A stretch of DNA of 32,000 nt from the NCBI RefSeq assembly GCF_000172995.2, contig NC_014729.1, positions 2,160,001 to 2,192,000 of the forward strand, written 5' to 3'. The notes under the pieces were generated by a model. The model did not search any database. It saw nothing but the letters and a program-made list of their open reading frames with translations, and was not told the origin of the DNA. Both the position numbers and the translations under genes were made by a program. This document shows, piece after piece, positions 1 through 8,186 of the stretch. The stretch comes from Halogeometricum borinquense DSM 11551. Lineage in GTDB: Archaea > Halobacteriota > Halobacteria > Halobacteriales > Haloferacaceae. Each line of letters opens with the position of its first letter. The first letter of the stretch is position 1.

Positions 1-127
1 GAGCGATATCGACACGGCGTGGTGGATTTCGACTATCCCCGGCGTGTTCCTGTTCACGACGGTACTGGCACTGAACTTCGTCGGCGACGCGTTGCGCGAC
101 GCACTCGACCCGCGCTCGGAGGACTAA
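1..127 (+). CDS. ABC transporter permease, C-terminal fragment (OppC/DppC type; 5' end outside window)
   Basis: Frame starting at nt 2 reads [41 protein letters not shown], then TAA at 125-127. A last hydrophobic helix plus an [14 protein letters not shown] tail is the typical C-terminus of peptide/nickel ABC permeases. Two cognate ATPase genes follow 1 nt later. Too short for the ORF track. Confidence 0.75.
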   Translation, partial: SDIDTAWWISTIPGVFLFTTVLALNFVGDALRDALDPRSED

Positions 128-128
128 G

Positions 129-1193
129 ATGAGCGAACCACTACTCTCGATACGGAATCTGAAGACGCACTTTCACACGGACGAAGGGACGGTACACGCG
201 GTAGACGGCGTGAGTCTCGACGTCGACCGCGGCGAGACAGTCTGCGTGGTTGGCGAAAGCGGGTCCGGAAAGACGGTCACCGCAGAGTCGATTACGCGAC
301 TCATTCCGGAACCGCCGGGCGAAATCGTCGGCGGCGAAGTCCGCTTCGACGGCGACGACGTGCTTTCGATGTCCGAGTCGGAACTGGAGGACCTCCGCGG
401 CGGCCGAATCGGCCACATCTTCCAGAATCCGCAGGGGGCGTTGAATCCAGTCTACACCATCGGTTGGCAGATTCGGGAGGCAATTCAGCTCCACGACGAC
501 GTTTCCGACGAGGAGGCGCACGAACGGACAATCGACCTCCTCGACCGCGTTGGTATCCCCGACGCGACGAGTCGAATCGACGACTACCCGCACGAGTTCT
601 CCGGCGGGATGAAACAGCGCGTCGTCATCGCGATGGCGCTGGCGTCGAATCCCGACTTGCTCATCGCTGACGAACCGACGACGGCGCTGGACGTGACTAT
701 CCAGATGCAGATTCTCCGGTTGCTCAATCAGGTCCAAGACGAGTTCAACACGGGTATCGTGATGATCACGCACGACCTTGGCGTCGTCGCCGAAGTCGCA
801 GACCGCGTGGTCGTCATGTACGCCGGAAAGGTGATGGAACAGGGCGACGTGTACGAAATATTCGAGAACCCCTCGCATCCGTACACGCGCGCGCTCTTGG
901 AGTGTCTCCCCGGCCGAGGCGAACGCATGGAGGCTATCGGCGGGTCACTCCCATCCACCACGTCACCGCCGTCTGGATGCCGGTTCAACCCGCGGTGCCC
1001 GTACGCAGTTGCAGATTGCAAGAAGGGGAAGCAACCGCCGATGCACAGCACCGGAAACGGCGATCACACGGTGTCGTGCGTCCACTACGAACCGGGCGCT
1101 GACCCGTCGGTCGTCCTCGGAGAGGACAGTTCGGACGCCGTTGGCGACGCGCGCGCTGATGGCGGACCCGAAACGGGAGGTGACGACAGATGA
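129..1193 (+). CDS. dppD: Oligopeptide/dipeptide ABC transporter ATP-binding protein (DppD/OppD type)
   Basis: ATG start. Walker A GESGSGKT, signature FSGGMKQR, Walker [13 protein letters not shown], and the C-terminal oligopeptide-transporter motif [11 protein letters not shown]...C...SCVH. The stop overlaps the next start (ATGA). Confidence 0.9.
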   Translation: MSEPLLSIRNLKTHFHTDEGTVHAVDGVSLDVDRGETVCVVGESGSGKTVTAESITRLIPEPPGEIVGGEVRFDGDDVLSMSESELEDLRGGRIGHIFQNPQGALNPVYTIGWQIREAIQLHDDVSDEEAHERTIDLLDRVGIPDATSRIDDYPHEFSGGMKQRVVIAMALASNPDLLIADEPTTALDVTIQMQILRLLNQVQDEFNTGIVMITHDLGVVAEVADRVVVMYAGKVMEQGDVYEIFENPSHPYTRALLECLPGRGERMEAIGGSLPSTTSPPSGCRFNPRCPYAVADCKKGKQPPMHSTGNGDHTVSCVHYEPGADPSVVLGEDSSDAVGDARADGGPETGGDDR

Positions 1194-2500
1194 GTTCGGA
1201 CGCACCCCTGCTCGAAGTTCGGAACCTGAAGAAACACTACCCCATCACGAAGGGAATCATGAAGCGGGAAGTCGGCAGCGTCCGCGCAGTTGACGGAATC
1301 AGTTTCGCCGTCGAACGCGGCGAGACGGTCGGTCTCGTCGGCGAGTCCGGATGTGGGAAGTCAACCGCTGCGACCTCGCTGCTCCGACTCGAAGACCCCA
1401 CGGACGGCGAAGTCCTGTTCGAGGGGCGCGACATCACTGAGTACAACGACAAGGAACTGAAGCGCTTCCGCCGGGAGGCGCAGATGATCTTCCAAGATCC
1501 CACGTCCAGTTTCGACCCGCGGATGTCTATCGGTGAGTCCGTCGCCGAACCGCTGACCGTCCACGGGATGCGCGACCGCGAACGCCGTCGTCGTATCGTA
1601 AAGGATCTGCTCGAACGGGTTGGTCTGTCGGCCGACGACATCGACCGCTACCCACACGAGTTCTCCGGCGGGCAGAAACAGCGTATCGGCCTCGCGCGCG
1701 CGCTGGTTCTCAACCCGAAACTCATCGTCGCCGACGAACCCGTGTCAGCACTGGACGTCTCGATTCAGGCGGAGATCCTCTCGCTGATGAAAGAGATCCA
1801 AGACGAGTTCGGTCTGGGGATGCTGCTTATCAGTCACGACCTCTCCGTCGTCCGCGAAATCTGCGACCGGGTGGCCGTGATGTATCTCGGTGAGATAGTC
1901 GAGTTCGGCCGGACCGAGGACCTGTACGAGGATCCACAACACCCGTACACGCGGGCGCTGCTCTCCTCGATTCCGCAACCGGACCCGACGAAGCGCGGAA
2001 ATGCAGTCGAACTCACCGGAGACGTGCCGAGTCCGTCGAACCCGCCGTCGGGATGCCGGTTCCACACGCGATGTCCGGAAGTCATTCCGCCGGAGGGCTA
2101 CGACTTCGAACAGGAGGCGTGGCGGTCCGTGATGGACCTTCGCGTCCGACTGAGACGCGGCGGCGTGGACGCCGACGCCGTTCGAGAGTTCGTCGCCAGC
2201 GAGACGAGCCAATCGCCTGAAGCGGTATCGGAAGACAGAATCAAGGCAGAGATTCGCCGCGAGTTCGACATTCCCGAGCAGTTGGCCGACGCCAGTGCCG
2301 AGTCGGTTCTCTCGGACGCGTTAGAACTGCTTGCGAACGGCGACCAATCGGAGGCGCGCGACCTCCTCGGAGACGAGTTCGAGACAGTCTGTGAGACTGC
2401 CACTCCGGAACTTCGCCGGACGCCCGTTGGCCACTCCGCGTCGTGCCACCTTATCGAAACGTCCGAGGATACGCTCACGGCACCGTCGACCAACGACTAA
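1190..2500 (+). CDS. dppF: Oligopeptide/dipeptide ABC transporter ATP-binding protein (DppF/OppF type) with an expanded C-terminus
   Basis: ATG start with 4-nt overlap on dppD. Walker [10 protein letters not shown], signature FSGGQKQR, Walker [24 protein letters not shown] motif. At 436 aa it is about 100 aa longer than usual (see findings). Confidence 0.9.
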   Translation: MSSDAPLLEVRNLKKHYPITKGIMKREVGSVRAVDGISFAVERGETVGLVGESGCGKSTAATSLLRLEDPTDGEVLFEGRDITEYNDKELKRFRREAQMIFQDPTSSFDPRMSIGESVAEPLTVHGMRDRERRRRIVKDLLERVGLSADDIDRYPHEFSGGQKQRIGLARALVLNPKLIVADEPVSALDVSIQAEILSLMKEIQDEFGLGMLLISHDLSVVREICDRVAVMYLGEIVEFGRTEDLYEDPQHPYTRALLSSIPQPDPTKRGNAVELTGDVPSPSNPPSGCRFHTRCPEVIPPEGYDFEQEAWRSVMDLRVRLRRGGVDADAVREFVASETSQSPEAVSEDRIKAEIRREFDIPEQLADASAESVLSDALELLANGDQSEARDLLGDEFETVCETATPELRRTPVGHSASCHLIETSEDTLTAPSTND

Positions 2501-2574
2501 AGAGCGAGACGGAAACCGACCCGAACTTCCGGGGCCGCGTCACTTTTTTCACGAGCGACCATACGCTTGGGCAC

Positions 2575-3267
2575 ATGTCTGACACGACAGCGCTATTTAT
2601 CGTCAGCGAAGCGGGCTACTGGGGCGAAGAGTGCGTCGAACCGCTGACAACGCTCTCGGAAGCCGGGGTTGACGTGACGGTGGCGACGCCGACGGGAGCG
2701 CAACCGGTCGTTGACGAGCGATCCGTCGCTCCCGACGAAGTCGGTGAGGAGATGTCACAGAAAGTACTGGAGGTCCACGAGAACGACGACCGACTGGCAG
2801 ATCCCGTCCCGATAGCGACGGTTGACGCCACCGACTACGACGCCGTCGTCTTCCCCGGTGGTCACGGCACGCAGTGGGATATCAACCAGGACCGTCACGC
2901 TCGACAGGCCTTGCTGAGTGCCGTCGCCGGGGAGAAAGGAAAAGCGCTCGTCGTCTGCCACGCTGTCGGTATCCTCGCGTTCACCCGCGAAGCAGACGGG
3001 AGGTACCTCGTCGAAGACCGCGAAGTCACCGGATTCCCGAACGAGTGGGAAGAAGGCATCGTAGACGAGAACGACCTGCTTCCTGACGGACGAAAACTCC
3101 CCTACTGGATCGAAGACGAAGTCACGGCCGTCGGCGGCGCGTGGGACGCCGAACTGGATCAGGAGACGAGCGTTACCGTGGACGGTGACCTCATCACCGC
3201 GCGTGGTCCGGAGTCCTCGGCAGCCGCCGCCGAGACGTTGATCGACGAACTCGGGATCGAAGCGTAA
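2575..3267 (+). CDS. DJ-1/PfpI family (type 1 glutamine amidotransferase-like) protein
   Basis: The ORF track starts at a GTG at 2443, inside dppF. The ATG at 2575 (MSDTTALFIVSEAGYWGEE...) gives a typical 230-aa DJ-1/PfpI protein with the nucleophile-elbow motif ALVVCHAVGIL and FPGGHG. Confidence 0.8.
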   Translation: MSDTTALFIVSEAGYWGEECVEPLTTLSEAGVDVTVATPTGAQPVVDERSVAPDEVGEEMSQKVLEVHENDDRLADPVPIATVDATDYDAVVFPGGHGTQWDINQDRHARQALLSAVAGEKGKALVVCHAVGILAFTREADGRYLVEDREVTGFPNEWEEGIVDENDLLPDGRKLPYWIEDEVTAVGGAWDAELDQETSVTVDGDLITARGPESSAAAAETLIDELGIEA

Positions 3268-3403
3268 CCGCTGTCTGCCACCGCTTTTGCGCCTCAGTAC
3301 GACCGCGGCATGACCGGGCGAGGAACCGAAGTCTGCTACGACGAACTCGCCGACTGCGATCTCGACTCCCACAACCGCGAAGTAGCCGACTTCTGACTAC
3401 CGC

Positions 3404-3706
3404 TTACTCGATTTTGAACACGGCCTCTTCGATGCGTTCTGACCGACAGTCCGGACACCGAGACGGATAGTTCACCGGGTCGTCGAACGCCGAGAATCCA
3501 CAGTTGCGGCACTCGGGCGGCGCGACGAGAAACTGTTCGTCGCGGTCGACGGAATCGACCGACCGGGCGACGTGTTTGAGATGGTTGTACGCCGACGACC
3601 GAGCGATTCCGACTGTCTCCGAGAGATCGGTTGCCGTCTTCGGGCCGTCGCGGAGGGCGTCCGCGATTCGCTCGCGCGTCGTCGCGTCCGAATCCGATTC
3701 CGACAT
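3404..3706 (-). CDS. Transcriptional regulator, winged-HTH domain fused to a C-terminal zinc ribbon
   Basis: RERIADALRDGPKTATDLSETVGIARSSAYNHLKHV is an ArsR/wHTH-like segment. CRNCGF...(16 aa)...CPDCRS is a 4-Cys ribbon. I prefer the ATG at 3706 (MSESDSD...) over the ATG at 3757 because the extra 17 codons have poor GC3 and are basic. Confidence 0.7.
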   Translation of the reverse strand: MSESDSDATTRERIADALRDGPKTATDLSETVGIARSSAYNHLKHVARSVDSVDRDEQFLVAPPECRNCGFSAFDDPVNYPSRCPDCRSERIEEAVFKIE

Positions 3707-3951
3707 GCCTCTCTCTACGACTCCACCACTGGTAGGTTTTCCTCTCGATCCGGGCATTCGATCTCAGCGTCTCTGACTCGTTTCGCTGTCCGTCGCACCT
3801 CGTCCCATCTCGTTGTCTTTTGTTGTCGTACAAACGAATATGCAGTCGAATAGTCTAGTTGCGTGTGTACAGTTGTCATTAACAAATATTTCGTATCATT
3901 AGGTGGGAAGGATGGGAAAAGAACTTGACATAGCGGTAAGTCAGTCCCCGT

Positions 3952-4911
3952 ATGAAGGCTGTCGTCCTTGCAGGTGGTTACGCGACACGACTCTGGCCCA
4001 TCACCAAACACCGGCCAAAGATGTTCTTACCGGTGGGTGACGAGACGGTCATCGACGTGATATTCGAGGATCTAGAGGAAGATGACCGAATCTCGGAGGT
4101 GTTCGTCAGCACAAACGAGCGGTTCGAGGAGTCATTCGAGGAGTATCTCTCCGATTCGCCGTTCGAGAAGCCGACGGTTTCCGTCGAGGAAACGGTCGAA
4201 GAAGACGAGAAGTTCGGCGTCGTCGGCGCGCTCGAACAACTCATCGACCGCGAGAACGTCGAAGAGGATCTGATCGTCATCGCGGGTGACAACCTGCTCT
4301 CGTTCGACGTGTCCGAGTTCGTTGATTTCTTCGAGGCAAAGCGGACGCCGTGTATCGCCGCCTACGACGTCGGCTCGAAAGAACGAGCGAAATCTTACGG
4401 TCTCGTCGAACTCGACGGTGACCGCGTCGTTGACTTCCAAGAGAAGCCTGACGACCCGAAGAGTACGCTCGTCTCTATCGCGTGCTATGCGTTCCCAGCG
4501 GAGACGCTCCCCAAGTTTGATGAATACCTGCAGGACGGCAACAACCCGGACGAGCCAGGTTGGTTCATCCAGTGGCTCCAGCAACGCGGCGACGTCCACG
4601 CGTTCACGTTCGACGGCGCGTGGTTCGACATCGGGACGCCCGAAAGCTATCTCGACGCGGTATCGTGGTATCTCGGCGGCGAGAACTTCGTCCACGAGAC
4701 GGCGACTGTAAGCGACTCCGAACTCGGCGAGAACGTCTACGTCATGGAGAACAGCGCCGTGGAGGGATCGACGCTGGAGAAGACGGTTGTCTTCAGTAAC
4801 ACCACGATCAGAAACGCTGACATCCGAAACACAATCGTAGACGAGGAAACCCACGTCGAGAATCTCGACCTCTCGAACGCCCTCATCGGCGCTCACTCGC
4901 ACCTCGAATAG
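3952..4911 (+). CDS. Sugar-phosphate nucleotidyltransferase (glucose-1-phosphate thymidylyl/uridylyltransferase family)
   Basis: The N-terminus MKAVVLAGGYATRLWPITKHRPKMFLPVG is the canonical G-x-G-T-R-L NTP-transferase signature. The C-terminal part looks like a left-handed beta-helix. Confidence 0.85.
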   Translation: MKAVVLAGGYATRLWPITKHRPKMFLPVGDETVIDVIFEDLEEDDRISEVFVSTNERFEESFEEYLSDSPFEKPTVSVEETVEEDEKFGVVGALEQLIDRENVEEDLIVIAGDNLLSFDVSEFVDFFEAKRTPCIAAYDVGSKERAKSYGLVELDGDRVVDFQEKPDDPKSTLVSIACYAFPAETLPKFDEYLQDGNNPDEPGWFIQWLQQRGDVHAFTFDGAWFDIGTPESYLDAVSWYLGGENFVHETATVSDSELGENVYVMENSAVEGSTLEKTVVFSNTTIRNADIRNTIVDEETHVENLDLSNALIGAHSHLE

Positions 4912-4941
4912 TCCCCAAATCGACTACGGCGCTTTCTGTGC

Positions 4942-5026
4942 TATCGGTCGCGTCTGCGAATCTTCACTCATGTGACCGTACGACGGCGTACGGTCGGATG
5001 CGTACTCGTTGCAGACGCGACTATCG
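4942..5026. repeat. 75-bp element with perfect 11-bp terminal inverted repeats flanked by a 5-bp direct repeat (MITE-like, or a bidirectional terminator structure)
   Basis: gtcgcgtctgc at 4947-4957 and its exact reverse complement gcagacgcgac at 5011-5021. An inner perfect 8-bp hairpin is gaccgtac (4974-4981) / gtacggtc (4988-4995). tatcg sits directly outside both arms (4942-4946 and 5022-5026). The element lies between two convergent stop codons (4911, 5027). Confidence 0.6.
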
Positions 5027-5746
5027 TTACTCGCCGAGACGTGCGTCCGTGATTTCGAGATGGCCGCGCGTCCCCTCCCAGACGGTCTCGTACTCCAGTT
5101 CGATGGGATTGGACATATGCGGGCCGTCCGTGACGAACGTCTCGAACTCGCCGCCTTCGCCGAGGGGGTGGACACCGTACTGCTCGTTTAGTTCGACCAG
5201 TTCTTCGAGCGCGTCGTGATCGAGCGTGCGACCCAACCACGACTCATCAAGGCCGTGAGCGGCGACCTGGATGATTTGTATCTCGAATCCCGCATCGATC
5301 ATCGCTTCCCCGAGTTCGCGGGGGTCTTCCTGCCAGAGCGGAGCGAACAGATCGATTTCGAGACGGTCGCACATCCCCTGAATGCGGTTCGTCTGGTACT
5401 CGCTCTCGACTGCCCCTGCGGTGACGCCCGCGAGATCAATCTCCGCTGCGAGTGCTTCGAGCGCTGCTTCGAGGGGTTCCAGTTCGGCGTCGCCCTGTTC
5501 GCTGGAGTCGGTTGCTTCGGCAGCGCCCAAGTCGTCGGGCGTCACCTCGATGAGTTCGATACCCAAACTTTCGGCAGCGAGTGCCGCGAGGTGCGTCGCC
5601 GGTACGTGATACATGTACGAGTCGTCTCCGGGATGAACGGTGAGAAGTCGCGTCACGTCAAGCCCCGCTTCGAGAGCGCGGTAGACTGCCCACGAGGAAT
5701 CCTTCCCGCCCGAGAAGAGGCCAACCCAATCTCCGGATTCGGTCAT
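5027..5746 (-). CDS. dph6: Diphthine-ammonia ligase-like PP-loop ATPase (DUF71/MJ0570 family, Dph6-type, single domain)
   Basis: PP-loop FSGGKDSS near the N-terminus. EYQTNR and PLGEGGEFETFV motifs are typical of the DUF71 ATP-binding domain. The 239-aa archaeal form lacks YjgF domains. GGTTTAGG box at -24..-28 from the ATG. Confidence 0.75.
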   Translation of the reverse strand: MTESGDWVGLFSGGKDSSWAVYRALEAGLDVTRLLTVHPGDDSYMYHVPATHLAALAAESLGIELIEVTPDDLGAAEATDSSEQGDAELEPLEAALEALAAEIDLAGVTAGAVESEYQTNRIQGMCDRLEIDLFAPLWQEDPRELGEAMIDAGFEIQIIQVAAHGLDESWLGRTLDHDALEELVELNEQYGVHPLGEGGEFETFVTDGPHMSNPIELEYETVWEGTRGHLEITDARLGE

Positions 5747-5807
5747 TGAAAGCCGTAGACCGCTGGTTCCTAAACCTTCTGCGGTTCGGATACCGCTTTT
5801 CGGACCG

Positions 5808-6761
5808 CTACATATAGCCCAAATCGCGGAGGCGACCCATCAAGTCCTCCTTGTCTTGGGCGCGACCGGCGCGTTCGGTACTTGCGCCGAGGTCCTGCAC
5901 CCACGCGGGCCGGTCATCGGACTTCGCCGATCCCGACTCAGTGCCGAGCGACCGAAACCCCTCGAAGTACTTCGGTGAGATGGGGAGATCCGTCGCCGCG
6001 ATACCTTCGGGTAGGTCGTCGGCGCTTTCGGGAACGAAGCCGTCAGGATAGCCCGAAGCGGCGTCGGGGACGATGAACTCCCAGAACGCATCCCAGATGT
6101 CGGCTTCCTCGAACTGGAGAATGGGGTGAACGCGGTCGTGTGGCGGATATTTCTCTGAATCGTGTCGCGCCGAAAAGAACGTCTCATCGGCGCGGGACTC
6201 CTGTTCGTCCCAGCGGACGCCCGAGAAGATGCCGTCGAAGCCGTCCGCTTCGATCACGTCGTTGAAAGCGACGGTCTTCAAGAGGTGGTTGCCCTCGAAC
6301 GTGTCGGCATCAAGGGTGAGTGTATCGCCCTCGTAGTCGAGTCGTTCGAGTTCGCGGCGAGTCGTTTCAGACAAATCTGCGAGCGGAATTTCGTCACCCG
6401 GACTCGCGTCGAGCCGGACGAAATCCTCGTTGCGTGCGACAACGAGATCGAGGTCCCACTCGTCGGCCCACTGTTCGACGAATGCGACTGTCTCGGGGAA
6501 ATGCTCGAAGTGGTCGATGAAGACGACGGGCGGCACTTCGACGCCCATCTCCGCAGCGACTTCGCGAACCACGTAGAGAACGACAGTGGAGTCTTTCCCG
6601 CCGGTCCACATGACGGTCGGGCGTCGGTACTGGTCGAGGGCCTGCTGGGTTACCGCGACAGCTTTGCTAATCTTGTCTTCGAGTGAGGGGTAGTTCGAGG
6701 CATCCTCGTCGCGGCCGCCGTCGTAGTCGAGCGTCACGTCCGAGGGGAAGGTCGGAGACAT
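5808..6761 (-). CDS. PAPS-reductase-fold / CysD-like PP-loop adenylyltransferase family protein, paralogue 1 (function unknown)
   Basis: PP-loop VMWTGGKDST, GVRWDEQESRA motif, and a C-terminal TERAGRAQDKEDLMGRLRDLGYM tail resembling the CysD C-terminus. The protein contains no cysteine at all. Confidence 0.8.
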   Translation of the reverse strand: MSPTFPSDVTLDYDGGRDEDASNYPSLEDKISKAVAVTQQALDQYRRPTVMWTGGKDSTVVLYVVREVAAEMGVEVPPVVFIDHFEHFPETVAFVEQWADEWDLDLVVARNEDFVRLDASPGDEIPLADLSETTRRELERLDYEGDTLTLDADTFEGNHLLKTVAFNDVIEADGFDGIFSGVRWDEQESRADETFFSARHDSEKYPPHDRVHPILQFEEADIWDAFWEFIVPDAASGYPDGFVPESADDLPEGIAATDLPISPKYFEGFRSLGTESGSAKSDDRPAWVQDLGASTERAGRAQDKEDLMGRLRDLGYM

Positions 6762-6983
6762 CTGAGAGACGTATCGCGCGAGGAGGCTATCTACCTTTGC
6801 GTGGCTATCCGTTCGTACGAGTCACTCGCACCGACAGCGAGCAGGCCACAGAAAAGGAGCTGACAGTACCGCCAGCAGCAACGAATCGCGGTAGTCACAC
6901 GTGGAACCGAACCACGATTGGAGACGAATCACCACACGCAAGTTGCATCCGAATCGGGCGGATGCCGGAAGCGCGTGCCCGCC

Positions 6984-7955
6984 TTACATGTAGCCGAGGT
7001 CGCGCAGGCGTTCCATCAGGTCTTCTTTGTCCTGTGCGCGGCCTGCGCGCTCGGTCGTGTTCTCCATGTCCTGCAACCATGCCGGTTCCTCGGTCGTCTT
7101 GTCCGTCGAGACTTCGCTACCGAGCGAACGGAATCCGGCGAAGTACTTGGGCGAGACGGGAATGTCGTCCTGCGTCAGGTCGTTCGGGAGGTCCTCAGAC
7201 GACTGCGGGACGTGACCGTCGTCGGGGTACTCCGCGACGGTGTCCGGAACGACGAAGTTCCAGAACGCCTGCCAGACCGACGCCTCGTCGAACTGGAGGA
7301 TGGGTTGAACGCGGTCGTGGGGGGGGTAGATGTCGGGATCGTGACGCGGCGAGAAGAACGTCTCGTCGGCGCGCGCTTCCTGCTCGTCCCAGCGGACGCC
7401 CGAGATGACGCCGTCAACGTCGTACTCTTCGAGGGCGTCGTTCAGCGCCACCGTCTTCAGGAGGTGGTTGCCGACGTACGTGTCGAGGAGGAACGGGAAC
7501 GTCTCGTCCTCGTACTCCAGAAGGTTCCGAACGTGGTGCTGGTTGTGTTCGGACAACTCGGAGATGTCGATGTCGTCGCCGGGCGACAGACTGTGTTCGT
7601 CCACGTAGGCACCCACGTCCTCGTTGCGGGCGTAGATGACGTCGAGATCCCACTCGTCAGCCCACTTGTCCACGAAGTCGTGGATCTCGTCGAAGTGCTG
7701 GTAGTGGTCGATGAAGACCGCGGGGGGAACGTCGTATCCGTGTTTCTCTGCAACCTCTTTGATGAAGTACAGACAGAGCGTGGAGTCCTTCCCGCCGGTC
7801 CACATCACGACAGGGTTCTCGTACTGTTCGAGGCCCTCTTTCGTGACCTCGATAGCCTTCTCGATTTTGTCGTGGATGCTTGGGTAGTCGTCGGGCGTCT
7901 CGCCTTCGCCGTCTTCGTACGCTACGTCGAGGTAGTCGGGGAAGCCTTCCGGCAT
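6984..7955 (-). CDS. PAPS-reductase-fold / CysD-like PP-loop adenylyltransferase family protein, paralogue 2 (function unknown)
   Basis: About 60% identical by eye to the product of 5808-6761: VMWTGGKDST, GVRWDEQEARA, TERAGRAQDKEDLMERLRDLGYM. It has a single non-motif Cys. CTTTAG box at -26..-30 from the ATG. Confidence 0.8.
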   Translation of the reverse strand: MPEGFPDYLDVAYEDGEGETPDDYPSIHDKIEKAIEVTKEGLEQYENPVVMWTGGKDSTLCLYFIKEVAEKHGYDVPPAVFIDHYQHFDEIHDFVDKWADEWDLDVIYARNEDVGAYVDEHSLSPGDDIDISELSEHNQHHVRNLLEYEDETFPFLLDTYVGNHLLKTVALNDALEEYDVDGVISGVRWDEQEARADETFFSPRHDPDIYPPHDRVQPILQFDEASVWQAFWNFVVPDTVAEYPDDGHVPQSSEDLPNDLTQDDIPVSPKYFAGFRSLGSEVSTDKTTEEPAWLQDMENTTERAGRAQDKEDLMERLRDLGYM

Positions 7956-7958
7956 ACA

Positions 7959-7977
7959 CTAATTACATCTAATTACA
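7959..7977 (-). promoter_or_regulatory. Tandem 9-mer (ctaattaca, 10-bp period) between the putative TATA box and the start codon of CysD-like paralogue 2
   Basis: ctaattaca at 7959-7967 and 7969-7977. On the coding strand this reads tgtaattag-a-tgtaattag-tgt-ATG. A CTTTAG box at 7981-7986 sits at -26..-30. Confidence 0.45.
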
Positions 7978-8186
7978 GCACTAAAGTGTCTTTTGCCCTG
8001 TGCAACCCGTGCAAATGAGGGCCAGAAACGTGTACTCGAGAGTCGAGAGGAGCTATAGACGTGTCTGATCGACTCTCATCGTCAATTGATAGAAGTGAAA
8101 ATCTCGTCCCGAATCCACACTGGGACCGATGAGAACGAGTTCACTCTGCTCGACGCGCGCCCGACTCGGGCGTTGCGACGAGCGCG

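Noticed and set aside
2443-2574. Longer N-terminal extensions offered by the ORF track at 2443, 3757, 9271, 12690, 18305, 20979, 28297, 30169 and 30454
   Set aside because: Most use GTG or TTG codons, overlap the upstream gene, or add basic, low-GC3 residues. Internal ATGs give family-typical N-termini and sit at the right distance from A/T boxes. The starts at 3706 and 30553 remain the least certain.
5808-7955. Calling the tandem PP-loop genes cysH (PAPS reductase) or a sulfate-assimilation operon
   Set aside because: There are no catalytic cysteines, and no CysN, CysC or sulfite reductase neighbours. Only fold-level and C-terminal-tail similarity to CysD can be claimed.
6918-8018. 366-aa + strand ORF covering the whole of CysD-like paralogue 2
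   Set aside because: It starts at a TTG and is exactly antisense to a gene with clear family motifs. The product is Val/Arg/Leu-rich with no motifs. Long antisense ORFs are expected in GC-rich DNA because stop codons are rare.
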